Assembly (NCBI RefSeq): GCF_001194135.2
Contig: NC_068993.1
Location: forward strand, 43,304,068 to 43,365,714
DNA from: Octopus bimaculoides
Taxonomy: Eukaryota
DNA: 61,647 nucleotides
Direction of reading: 5' to 3'
Positions 23,235 to 35,618 of the stretch are shown here, piece after piece. Position numbers and translations under genes: made by a program. The first letter of the stretch is position 1. Each line of letters starts with the position of its first letter. The notes under the pieces are model-generated. The model was not told where the DNA came from and did no database searches. It saw nothing but the letters and a program-made list of their open reading frames with translations.

Positions 23235-25669
23235 ACTTACGTATTTATGTATGTATGGTATGACTTGGTACCTAGTTATTGTAAGGGATGTGTGTGTGTG
23301 TTCGTATATGATCGTTGTTGTAGTGTGATACGAATGATGTTTGTTGTTTGTGGGTAGGTGTATATGTTAGATGTCTGTGTGTGCGCGCACCTATATATGT
23401 TACGTGTGCGCGTGTGTATGTGAGGTGTATACGTATGCCAGTATATCCCGGTTATGCGTGTCTGCGCGTGAATATGTGTGTTGTGTGTGCGCACGAGTGC
23501 ATATATGTGAAGTTTGTGCGTGTGTGCGCACGAGTGTGTATATGTTAAGTTTGTGCACGTACGTGTTTTGTGTGCGATTGTGTATATGAAGTTTATGTTG
23601 CGCGTGTATATGTGTTGTATGTGAGCGAGTTTGTATATATGAAGTTCAAGTGCGTGTGTGCATGTCCGTTTGCAGTGTGTGTGTGTGTAGTGTAGTGTAG
23701 TGTAGTGTTTGCTGTGTGTATCCAACAAGATTTACCTGCAGAGAGGAATGTATCAAAAAACGAGTAAGAGAATATTAGAGAGAAAAAAGCTCCCCGATAA
23801 AGGTAGTAGTACTGAAGGGAAGAGAGAGAGGGGGGAACGGTAGAGACAGGTAGACAGTGAGCGGTGGAGAGAGAAAGAAGAAAGGATAGAGAAGGTGGAA
23901 AAGTGAGAGAGAGAGAGGGAGAGGGGGGAGCAGTCAGTGATGCAGCATCGATATAGTAAGATAGTTTCCTAGCGTTAAAGTGGAAACATACTACACCAAA
24001 TTTACTTTGAGTCGTTTGTCTCCGGAAGCGAGGGAAAATAATTTTTTTTCTTGTATTTTCGAAGCGGGTTGTTGTGGTAGGAAGAAGGCATGAATAAACA
24101 AACAACAAGAACAATGACGGGAAAATATCGTGCTGTGAATATATTTTAATGTTAACTCTGGCTTCTCCGACAGATTTATTGAGCTCTCTGCAATTATTTG
24201 AATAGAAAACTCAAACTGGAAAGGAAAAGAGAGGATTTTTTTTGTTTTTAAAGACTGTTTTAAATTTAGAGGAAAAAAGTTTATCACATACACACTGAAA
24301 AAAAAAAAAAAAAAGTGAAGAGGACCCTAGGTCTGTTCAGTTTTTTTTTCACCGCATGTTTTAAATATGTTAAACCGCAAATTAGTTATTTTGTGGACCG
24401 AATGTTCGTTTAATATAGTGTATAGTTTCTTACAGGAAATGACAATTATTATTTTCACTGTCAGAATTTAAAGTAATTCATTCTATATAGATATTTTTTT
24501 CACACTGGATAAGATAGATTCCTTTTTTTTTTTTTCAGGAATGCCATCCGAACAAATAAATCTTTGTGTTTTGTTTCTCTTATAAACCACTACTTCAAAT
24601 CGAATATCTTAACCGCGGAGGAAAAAAAAGAAATAGACAATAATAAGATAAGCAATACCTGAGAATTTATTAATCAAAACTTCAAAGGAAAGTGTCATGT
24701 CCAGATAATTAAAGTTGGCAAACGCGTTGCTCCGGTTTCGCGCCTACAATGGTTACATGATCACTTGTTAACATTTCTTCTCTCTTTCTGGCTTTCACAT
24801 CACTCACTTCTATTTTTCACCTTCTTTAATCCTTCTCTCAAATCCTTTCCTTCTCTCTCATTCCCACTTAATCTGTCGACATCGCTCATTTCACCGTCCC
24901 CACCTCACTCACTCGCTATCTTCATCTCCATTCGTTCGCCCACTTTCTCTGCTATTTTCTTCATTCTTTCTATCCAAACTCGATTCTTTCTCCCTTTCCT
25001 AAGCTTTCCACTCTCTCTACCTCACATGCTTTCTCCTAAGTATTTATATTATTTACTCCGAAAACACCACAGAATTACGTTGCATGTTGGTGTAGTGGCT
25101 TATATTTTATTTCTAATTCCTACATCTTACTTCTTAAAAAATGATAGTAATGATACAGTGAAAAGAAAAAATAAGAACAACACGAACGAAAAATACTGTC
25201 TTTTTAATGGACCAACGACCAAAATGAGCGAGGAACCGGTCTGCAGTAATGTTTACAGTTAAATATTTTGAATGAAACTCTTGCCCATCGCTAAATTAAT
25301 AAGTTTAAACTTACTTAGAACTCCAACTGCACTGGGTACACAAAATATAAGCGCTACCTTGATTAACAATTAAATGACAGAAATATATAATAGAAATGGA
25401 AATTTTATTTTTTACCTGACTTCAATAAAATTTGATAATGCATATTTTCTTTCGTATTTTATATATTTTTAGAAATAAGTTTTGCTTTGTTTAATATATA
25501 TAGCCANNNNNNNNNNGTGTGTGTGTTTACTCGGTGACGGATTAATCAGAAGAAAGAAATCCAAAATATTAATTGTATAATCCAATCCAATTTGTCTTAA
25601 TTGATAAAGGTTTCCTAACAATATCACATTAAAAAATTATCACTCTTGCTAATGAAGCACACACATGCC

Positions 25670-25717
<48 letters not shown>

Positions 25718-25799
25718 TACATATAATGAACTAAAAAAAACGGAAAACAAAAACATTTCACTGGAATGGGGCACTTGAAAGTAGTTTGTAATTGAAGCT

Positions 25800-26000
25800 G
25801 TGAGAGACATACTGTATTGTTGTGTCAATTGAAGTGAATGTGTTGTGTCAATCATTCTTTCGGGTGGCGGGGCTGGGGTGCAAGCTCCGCCCACTCTGAC
25901 ATGCAGGCAGTAGACGTTAGCAAGTATAATAAACCAAACCATCAGAAAGGCAAAGTCGCTCTTGACCGTCGCTGCTCGTTGTCTTTTGTGTGTCTTATTT
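25800..26000 (+). promoter_or_regulatory. Candidate Fat4 promoter region
   Basis: GC boxes GGGTGGCGGGGCTGGGG and CTCCGCCCAC (25885-25894), TATAATAAA near 25925 and locally raised CpG, 1.3-1.5 kb upstream of the ATG in a SINE-free zone. Motif-based only. Confidence 0.35.
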
Positions 26001-26224
26001 AAATGAAATAAGAATGAGAGAAAAAGTATAGAATGTGCAGTAATAATAATATTTTGTGAGCTGAGCAATTAAAAGCAAGGTGTATTGATGTCTTGTGAGT
26101 GGATGTGTGTGCGTTTTGAACATGTACAGAAGTTAGATATATACACGGAGTATATAATGAAAAGCACGAGGTGTTTTGTAGATTTCTATCTATAAAGTGT
26201 ATGCACACACGCACGCTTATACAT

Positions 26225-26256
<32 letters not shown>

Positions 26257-27305
26257 GCTTATATAGATATACAGACATCTATACAAATACACTATATATC
26301 TATACATATATTTACACACACAAACGTAAATAAATTCACACACATTATATAAACATACATATATATACACACACACACACAGATATATATGTATGTATAT
26401 ATGCACACACTCACCATCCTCGAGAAGTGGGTGAAACCGAGCGTGGCTTTGTATATATATATATATATCTAACATCAGCAGGAGGTCTTTCAAGGGACTG
26501 AACCAATAGAAACGGCCAGTTGAATACGTCCACTCACTGACGACAGAAGCCTCGTTGTCTTTCTCTGTCTTACCGGGCTGACTGACTATCACCGACTGAT
26601 ATAGACAGAAAACTTCCGACATCCCCATGTGTCTAGTAGTATTGCCAACTACTACAGCTGTAGACAGCTAGTGTGTGTATATATGTGTGTTTGTGTGTGT
26701 ATTATTACTTAGTGCTGGCGCAGCTAGCTCGGCATTAACTTCACTTCTTTTTGGACTCGCACACGTTTTACACATATCGCCTTGCTACCTCTTATTTACT
26801 TGGATTTCTTCAGCATCAATGACATCCTTCAGATACACGTGGAAAAAGAAATGTTTTACACCACAGCACTGTGATCATTTCAGCGGAACATTAATTCTTT
26901 CTGTGGAATAACTATTGGATTTATTATTATTATTATTTAATTTTGGTTAAGGGGTGCATTGTCTCTGGGACCGAGCACTACATTACTGAACACCACGAGG
27001 ATTGTTATGGGTTTACCTTTTCTCTGATAACATCTTCTTTCACCAGCGTTTTAAAGGTACTGTTCCCTTATTTGTGTTTGTGATATATTTACATGTATAC
27101 ATACATGCATACATACACACATGTATATCTACATAATGTTTTCTTAAAACTTTAAATGAAAGATGTGTGTGCTACACAATTTGATTAGGGTCCCTTGTAA
27201 TAAGGAACATGTGAGGTGTACGTTAGTTACCTGCACGCATTAAAGCAAAACAGACATGCCTGTCTTGTCCGCTTTATTATACAATTTATTGAGGTAGGAG
27301 TTAAT

Positions 27306-30300
27306 ATGGCCATCTCAGTTGGCCTAAAGACATCTAGGGACTTATGTCCGACTAAAACTTTATACCGTGTAATTATTGTCGCCTTCATCCAGTTTCTAGT
27401 CGCTTTTGCCCAAGGCCAGGGGCCTGGTTCTTTTAATCATCCAACACCGGGTGAGCCTTACCATTTTTACATAGATGAAAATGTACCCGTGGGTACGCGT
27501 GTTGGTAATATTACCGTTGAGGCAGGTTCTACGGTTTATATCAGTAGTCGAACTTCCCTGCCAGATCATGTTAATTTTGCCCTGGATGAATATACCGGAG
27601 TTGTTGTCACTGCCAAGCCTTTAGACCGGGAAAGTCTTAAGCACTCGAACAAACCCGTTATAATCGTGGTTCTCACACAACCACCGTCACATTCAATTGA
27701 AATGAAAATAACTGTCCGAGACAAAAACGACAACCCACCAACTTTCCCTAAAGATAGTTATGCCATTCGTTTTGCCGAAGAATCCGATGACAACAACAAA
27801 CTCATGGTACCATTAGCTTCCGACAAAGACGAAGGGAAAAATAGTTTAATTACTAATTATACAATAATTTCGGGTAATGAAGAAGGAAAATTTGCTCTTA
27901 TTCAGGAACCTCCCTACCCACAAATTCCTCGGATATTGTACATACAAAATACTGTAAAACTTAATCGGGAAGAAAAAGAATATTATCAGTTGAACATTTC
28001 TGCTATTGATCACGGGAATCCCCCTATGGTTGGGTTTCTTTTAGTGAATATTACAGTGGCAGACATCAATGACAACTACCCTACATTCCATATGAGTGTG
28101 TATGCTGCTAATGTTAACGAAACTGCCCCACCCGGTACAACAGTTATTCAAGTAGAGGCTTCGGACCTTGACCAGGGTAACAACAAAGCTATAACTTACT
28201 CTATTGAAAATAATAAGGACTCCGGACAGTTTGAAATCGACCGCTATACAGGTGTAGTGACCACAACAAGAAAACTAAACTGTCAGCAAAACACAGGAGA
28301 GAAAATGTGTTTTTTAATACTGCTAGCTACTGATAATGGCCCAGAGCACTTAACTGGGAGGGCCTATTTAAATGTACACATCATAGATCAAAATGACCAT
28401 GCTCCAGTCATTGAATTTCAGCACCAGCCGGATTCGTCGAAAGATTATTCTGCAGTTAACGAAAATGCAATAAATGGCACCTACGTGACTATAATTACTG
28501 TAAACGATTTAGATGATGGTATGAATGGTAATGTGTCTTTGTCAATTATTGATGGGAATCAACTTGGTCACTTCAGACTTATTCGCGGTTACAAGGTCAG
28601 TGTTTTGGTAGTTGTTTTGAGTCTTGACCGGGAGAAAGTACATGTCTATAACCTGACTTTGCTGGCTGTGGACATGGGCGAACCTCCTTTAAGTTCTACT
28701 GCTCACCTTGTGATTTATGTTAACGATATTAACGATCATCCGCCTAAATTCGATCCGTCCAAATATTTTGCTGTCCTCAGTGAAACGATACCGGTGGGTA
28801 GTTTTGTTACTGCTGTAACGGCCAAAGATTCCGACTGTGGCTTGAACTCTCAGATAACTTACACAATTAATAGTGGCAACGATTTTAATTGGTTTAGTAT
28901 TAATAACAGAACGGGTCTTCTCGTGACGGTGGCACCATTAGACTACGAAAAAAGTTCATTTATCATTTTAAATATTTCAGCTCAAGATGGGGGATTCAAG
29001 CCCTATAAAGAATATACCACTGTTAACATTACTTTACTGGATATTAATGATATGCCACCGACTTTTAGCAAGACGTCTTATACTGTTGAGATGGAAGAAG
29101 AACTTTCTGCTGGTGAAGAAATTCTTACTCTTCGAGCTGAAGACAGAGATATGGGATTAAATGGAACTTTAAGATATGCTTTGCACTCAGATGTTATAGA
29201 GTTGTATCCGAAAACATTCCACCTGAATTCAACATCCGGGCGTTTGACAACAATCAAAAGTCTTGACCGTGAAGAAAACGAACTTTATCTTATAAAAGTT
29301 GTCGCATTTGATATTGGCGAGGCACCTCTGTCGTCGACTTGTACCGTTTCCCTCAAACTGTTAGATATAAATGACAATAGGCCGGTATTTTATCCCGAAA
29401 AATATTATCCCAAACTTCCAGCGAAGCATTCCGAAAATACCACTGTGATAAAAGTAACAGCAATAGATAAAGATTCTGGCACAAATGGGAAAGTGACCTA
29501 CCAACTGACCGGTGGCGATGTGGCTAATTTTTACATTGACCAGTACAGTGGAGTAATATTTGTGAAAGGACGTTTAGACTCAAGTGTTCAAACACATTAC
29601 AAATTGACGGTTTCCGGACAAGATGGGAATGGTAAAACAGCCTCAAATACTGCTACTGTTCTGATTACTATTCCCACTTCTAATGACGAAACACCTTTCT
29701 TTTTAAGTACACCTTATGTATTCAGTGTCACCGAAGATAATGATAATAAGGTGAACACTGGGCAAATTATAGGTTATGTAATAGCCAAAACTAATGAAAA
29801 ATCCTCAAATATAACTGTTTCCATTATTGATGGAGATCCAGAAAACCATTTTACGATCGACTCTCTTGGAAACCTTAGAACAGCCAAGAAAATCGACCGA
29901 GAACATATTGCTTCGTACAATATTCGTGTTTTAGCTGCAAGTAATGGCAATTATGCTGAAGTTGAGGTAAAAATCACTGTGATTGACAGAAATGACAACA
30001 AACCTAAATTTGGGACAGCGACCGTTGATGTTAACATTTTTGAGAACTGGTCAGTTGGCAAAGAAGTTTATCAAGTGTGGGCAACGGATTTAGATGAAGG
30101 AATTAATGCTAATATTTCATATACTCTACATACAAGTTTTATTCATCCGTTTATGATTAGAGATTCTGGCATGATCTATATTAATCACCCTCTTGATAAA
30201 TCTACTTCAAATATCTACGAATTAACCGTAGTTGCAGTGGACGCTGGCAATCCACAAATGTCCTCTTCGCAAATTGTGAGAATTCACGTAAAAGACGTCA

Positions 30301-32522
30301 ACGATCATACACCAGTATTTTCAAGTGCTCAAAATTCGATATCTTTACTAGAATCGCAGCCAATTAATGACCGTTTCTTTTTGATCTCGGCTACCGATGC
30401 TGACGAAGGTAGAAACAAGGAGATTATTTACAGAATTTCCCGAGGGAGTGAAGACGGAAAGTTTGCAATATTCCCAGATGGTCACTTGTATATAGCAGAA
30501 GAGCTGGACCGTGAGACAAAAGACTTTTATCACCTTACTATTGTTGCTGAAGACCGTGGCGTCCCACCTAGAAGCTCGTCTGCCAATATAACAATTCAGA
30601 TCCTCGATGCTAATGATAAAGCGCCAGTTTTCGGCAATAAATCTTATTCCATGTCAATTGAGGAAAACAAAATTCCTAATACATATGTAGGGTCTGTCCA
30701 TGCCACTGATGCCGATATTGGTCGCAATGCAGAACTAGCTTATTACATAAGTACGAAACAAGATAACTTCGCTGTCAACGTTTTAAATGGACGAATAACA
30801 TCACTAAAAGCATTTGACCGTGAACAACTGGTTCTCACTGGAAAAGACTATTACACATTTGAAGTTATTGTAAAAGATAATGGTATGAAGCGATTACAGG
30901 GTAGTGCCAAAGTAAAGGTCACTATCAAAGACGTCAATGATAATGCCCCCGAATTTAAGAAACCTCTTTATCGTGCCTCTGTTGTTGAAAATGCCCGCCC
31001 TCAAACTTTGATAACCCAAGTTAGTGCTATAGATGTTGATTTAAACGAAAATCAGTTTCTCACTTACGCCATTACCGAAGGGAATCAAAATGACACTTTT
31101 TCTATTAACAGTAGAAGCGGTCAGATACAATTGGATTCCACGTTAGACCGAGAAACCATTGACTCGTACCTGTTGAAAGTGGTGGCTTACGATGCTGGTA
31201 CTAAAGTGCAACTTAGTTCGTACACCGAAGTGCATATAACAATTCACGATTACAATGATAACTTTCCAACTTTTCGTTCGTCACCTATGTCAATAGAATT
31301 GATGGAGACTGTTATTCCAGGTACTCGTATTTCACAGTTTCAGGCAACTGACGAAGATCTTGGCAATAATGCTCTCTTGACATTTTCGATAGTCGATGGT
31401 AATCCCAATAACACATTCCACGTTGATGGCAAAACTGGTAACATCTATGTTATGGAACCTTTAGATTACGAAGTTCAGAAAGTATATCACCTTAACATTT
31501 CTGTCTCTGACTTTGGAGTGCCGCCATTGATTACTTACCAAAGATTCACCGTTTATGTCATGGACTACAACGATAATAGCCCAGCGTTTCCAGATACACC
31601 AAATACGTTTTCAATAGAAGAAAGAATTGATGTTGGCACTGTTGTTGGGAGAGTCACAGCCAATGACCCAGATACAGGAATTAATGGAGAAGTTCGCTAT
31701 AGAATAGCCTCTCAAGCACCGCCTGGTGATCATTTTCGAATTGTTAACAGTGGAAATTTACTAGTAAACCGGGAAATAGACTACGAAAAAATGAAATATT
31801 CCAATTTGATTGTAATAGCGACAGACAATGCCCACCCCACTTCTAGACAAAAATCATCAGAGAAAACAGTTAAGATTATAGTAACTGACCTCAACGATAA
31901 TGTCCCAAGAATAATTTCTCCTGAAACTTTTATTGTTGCACAGAATACACCTGTTAATTCTGAAGTCGGCCGAGTGGAGGCTTTGGATATTGATTCAGGT
32001 GAGAATGGTAGAGTTACTTATATGATCATCTCTGGCAACACTTCCTATTTCTTGTTGTCTCGGTCTTCTGGGATCATAACACTGAAATCAAGGTTGCCAG
32101 TTGGTCAGCCGATATTGCAATTAACCATCCAAGCGTCTGACGCTGGAATAAACGACAATCTTGGGGCTAAATCCATAATGACTACAATTTATTTCATTAT
32201 AACAACCGATAACCGTAGTGGTCCTACATTTTCTCAAGCTCGTTATTTAGCCAGTGTACACGAAAATGTCCCAATCGGTAAAACAATATTGTCAGTCGAA
32301 GCTCAACCAAAAAACAAAGATGCTACCATCAATTACTATATAACACGCATTGATGCTAACAAAAAAGGTGTTCTACAATCACAATATTTCTCTGTGGATA
32401 AGATTTCTGGTCAGCTCACTACAAAGGATCTTTTAGATCGTGATGTGGGATTTACAAATATTATTGTTGAAATATGTGCGGTGGAAGTTTTGGGTTCAAC
32501 CGTTGCTGAAAGCAAAACTGAG
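27306..32522 (+). CDS. FAT4: Protocadherin Fat 4 / Drosophila fat orthologue, first coding exon (signal peptide + cadherin repeats EC1-EC16; gene continues outside the window)
   Basis: Uninterrupted 1739-codon frame. ATG 27306 has strong Kozak context (AAT ATG G) followed by hydrophobic VIIVAFIQFLVAFAQG. 16 cadherin repeats delimited by DxND-type linkers. Motifs I recognise from FAT4 rather than FAT1-3 or Dachsous: VIEF..YSAVNENA, YVNDINDHPP, NRPVFYP, VNIFENW, ESQPINDRFF, FAIFPDGHLYI.EELDRE, DREQL, SQAPPGDHF, VTDLNDNVP..ISP, GPTFSQ..Y. Ends at the phase-0 donor GAG|GTAAGT; the rest of the listed ORF (to 32708) is intronic read-through. Confidence 0.9.
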
Positions 32523-32528
32523 GTAAGT
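32523..32528 (+). other. 5' splice donor GTAAGT closing the giant cadherin exon
   Basis: Perfect consensus AG|GTAAGT. Cadherin-like sequence ends exactly here. Confidence 0.92.
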
Positions 32529-33221
32529 TGTTACATTTTTATTTCATTTAACAATGTTTTATTTTACATTTTACACAGAATTTATTTTTTCCCTGGCAGT
32601 TTGCTTACAAATCTTACAATCTCAGTCATTTTCATTCTTGTTATCTATACTCGTCTTTATGACCGTTCTATCGATATATATTGTGATGTTCACATCAAAC
32701 TCCAATAATCGTGTCTCAATTTTCAACTTACTATTCGAGATGTGTGTGTATACACATACACGCACACACACACATAAATGTGTATGTATGTATAATTTTT
32801 GTTTTTGTTTTGTCAAGTTATAAGTAAAAACAATTTAGCATTAAACTACAGAATTATTCAATACTTGTTTATTAAACTTTTACAAGAATAACATTCATAA
32901 TGACGAAGAAGTTTCAGTTTGCTCGTCTAACTCAGAGAACAATAGATATTCTGAAATTTCTACAATTCGTATATAATGACCTATGGCGAAAAAAACAAAA
33001 GAAAAAAAGCCATTATACATACATATATAAATAATAAATGAGTATATGCATATATACGTACATGTATGTACATACCGACATCTACCTGTATATATAGATG
33101 TATATCTGGGTACAGGACATTGCAAACAACACGTAGACAAAATGATAAATAGAGTACAGAAAACACACAGGCCACATAGAGAACATTTCTTTCATCAGCT
33201 GCCACCATTCTAACACTCATG

Positions 33222-33297
<76 letters not shown>

Positions 33298-33399
33298 ATA
33301 TTAATTTTTTAAAAATTTAATATTAAACAAAAGGATCACTCAGTATTGTTTGTAGAGTACATATTTATAATTTTTTACAAAACTAAGGTTGAATGTGAC

Positions 33400-33625
33400 T
33401 TCGAAGGTAAGAGTTTTAGACGGAGGTAAAGAATACGTGCACCACTCGTTTTCGGCGTAACAAAAATCCTAATCCTAACCCTTACACTAACCCTAAACAC
33501 CGGGTATACGAATTCTTTACTTTAGTCGAATTTTAACCATACACCGGTAATAAGAAATAATCATTGTAAAATTACAAAATCTCAATGAATTAAAATTCAA
33601 TAATTAAAAGAAAATAGAATTCGAA
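33400..33625. mobile_element. Possible non-autonomous Helitron/Helentron-like repeat
   Basis: CCTAATCCTAACCCTTACACTAACCCTAAAC tract between short inverted repeats GGTAAAGAATACG / CGAATTCTTTACT. No coding evidence. Confidence 0.3.
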
Positions 33626-34172
33626 CAGTACAATAGTGGGAAAGGAGTCGATCATGTCAGTACGGTGACTACTCCAGGTGTGTTTCGATCACATTAGAAC
33701 TCGTCAGTAATTTATACCGGTGTGTGTGTGTGTTTTGACAGTAAAGCTATAATTTTCAAATAAGTATTGGTGGGCTTTTTATTCGTCTTCTTTTATGCAA
33801 AATTTCAAGTTAGACATCATACCCATTTTTTGCAACTCATTCGCCGGCTATTTTCACACCTATATTTTAGCTAAAATATTGTATTTTCTCCTTGCGAAAT
33901 ACACACGCACATCTTAGTTTTATAGAATGTTAATGATCTACTCTTCCATTTCGCCCCAGGTCCGGCTGCTCAGGCTGACTATGAGCGTCCTGAACAGCCT
34001 ACTTTAGAGGCTAAATTCAGAATAGACTCAGCGTTTGATATGTAATAAACCTATATAGCCACTCGATAGATAGATATATAATTCGTATTGAATTATATAT
34101 CAGATAATATTTGCACTCTGTAAAATATATTTTTTCTATACAACTTTTACATTAAGATATACATCATATACT

Positions 34173-34374
34173 GGCGCGGCTGTATAAGTTTACTTCCCAA
34201 CAACATGGTTCAGGGCTCAAGTCCCGCTGCATGGTATGTTAGGTAATGTCTTTTACTATAGCCCCGGGCCGACCAAATCTTTGTGAGCTTGGTCGACGGA
34301 AACTGAAAGAAAATCGTGATGTATGTGAGTAATATATATATATGTATGTATATATAAAAGTGCGTGTGTGTGTG

Positions 34375-34424
<50 letters not shown>

Positions 34425-34725
34425 ATGGATATATACATACATATATGTATGTATATACGTATGCATATATATATACATATATGTATGTATATACGTATGT
34501 ATATATATACATATANNNNNNNNNNNNNNNNNNNNNNNNNNNNNNNNNNNNNNNNNNNNNNNNNNNNNNNNNNNNNNNNNNNNNNNNNNNNNNNNNNNNN
34601 NNNNNNNNNNNNNNNTATATATATATATATGCGTGTATATGTATGTGTGTGTATATATGTGTAAGTATGCGTCGGACCATCGCTTGACAACTGGTGTTGG
34701 TTAGTTTACATCCCTAGCGGTTCGA
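34173..34725 (+). mobile_element. SINE family B/C with an expanded internal microsatellite (contains a gap)
   Basis: Head GGCGCGGCTG..CAACATGGTTCAGGGCTCAAGTCCC..GGGCCGACCAAATC..GACGGAAACTGAAAGAA, then a TA/TG array, then ATCGCTTGACAACTGGTGTTGG. Confidence 0.85.
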
Positions 34726-35572
34726 CTCGAACTCTTCGAATTTTCTGGCCCAGCATAGCCGTAGCCCGCTGTTTGAAACGAGTGAAAAGTTATGTGTGTG
34801 TTCGTGTCTCCATCGCCATTAATCGCAAGCGAGTAAATACCTGGTTGTACGTACCATGCTTTCGTTAATTGCTTTACGTCCTTACGTGAACACTTACAGA
34901 CATGGTTCACCCTCTCCGTCCTCCCATCCTTGATCCAGCTATGAATGCCCTCTTTTCCTCCATCATCGATAGAGAGAAAAAGGTTTGCACAGCACCCTTA
35001 TGATACCTGTTTTCAACTGAGTAGACTCAAGCGCAAGGGTAAAGTGTGTTGTCCGGTCCTGGGATTGAACGCCTGACCATTTGATAGTGACACACACACA
35101 CGAGAAAGAGAGAGATTTTTGATAGATAGATAGTTGGACAGGCTGATGGATGAATAATCGAATGGATATGCATACATACATGTATACATATACAGGTATG
35201 TAGGTAGATAAATTGATTGATTCGAACCGTTTCCAGTCGATTGATGATTCTCGTTGTAGATGGAATTATTGGGGAAGGGAAAATCTGTGATGCTGTGTGT
35301 AGGACAACTCCAGGTGAAGCATTCGTTAATCATATGTTATTCAGGCGTCCCACCTATGACAATTTACTGCCAACGTCCATATTTTATTTTATTTTTGGTC
35401 GTCAAAGAAACCATGACTCTGATAGGTGTAGTATAGCTCTCTCTCCGTGTATGTGGTGTATATGTTTATACATAAAAACGTGTATGTATATGCACACGTG
35501 TGTGTGTATGTGTTCAACTATTCGTATATGTATGTCTGTATATATGTATTTATAGGTATGTGTGTAGAGTCA

Positions 35573-35618
<46 letters not shown>

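Noticed and set aside
27216-27305. N-terminal 30 codons of the listed 1830-aa ORF
   Set aside because: It starts at GTG with no protein-like signal. ATG 27306 has strong Kozak context and directly precedes the signal peptide.
27306-32522. Assignment to Dachsous or to the expanded clustered protocadherins
   Set aside because: There are far more than 6-7 repeats, and the repeat-specific motifs and degenerate linker pattern follow FAT4 as I recall it.
32523-32708. C-terminal hydrophobic tail of the listed ORF, which could be read as a transmembrane segment of a short cadherin
   Set aside because: It follows a perfect GTAAGT donor, is T-rich intron-like sequence, and interrupts EC16 before its last strand. 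It is read-through, although an intron-retained short isoform cannot be excluded without RNA data.
33940-34010. Possible Fat4 exon 2 after the acceptor-like CTCTTCCATTTCGCCCCAG
   Set aside because: The phase-0 reading VRLLRLTMSVLNSLL* has no DxNDN and stops. The CCCCAGGTC motif recurs near 53035 as repeat-derived sequence.
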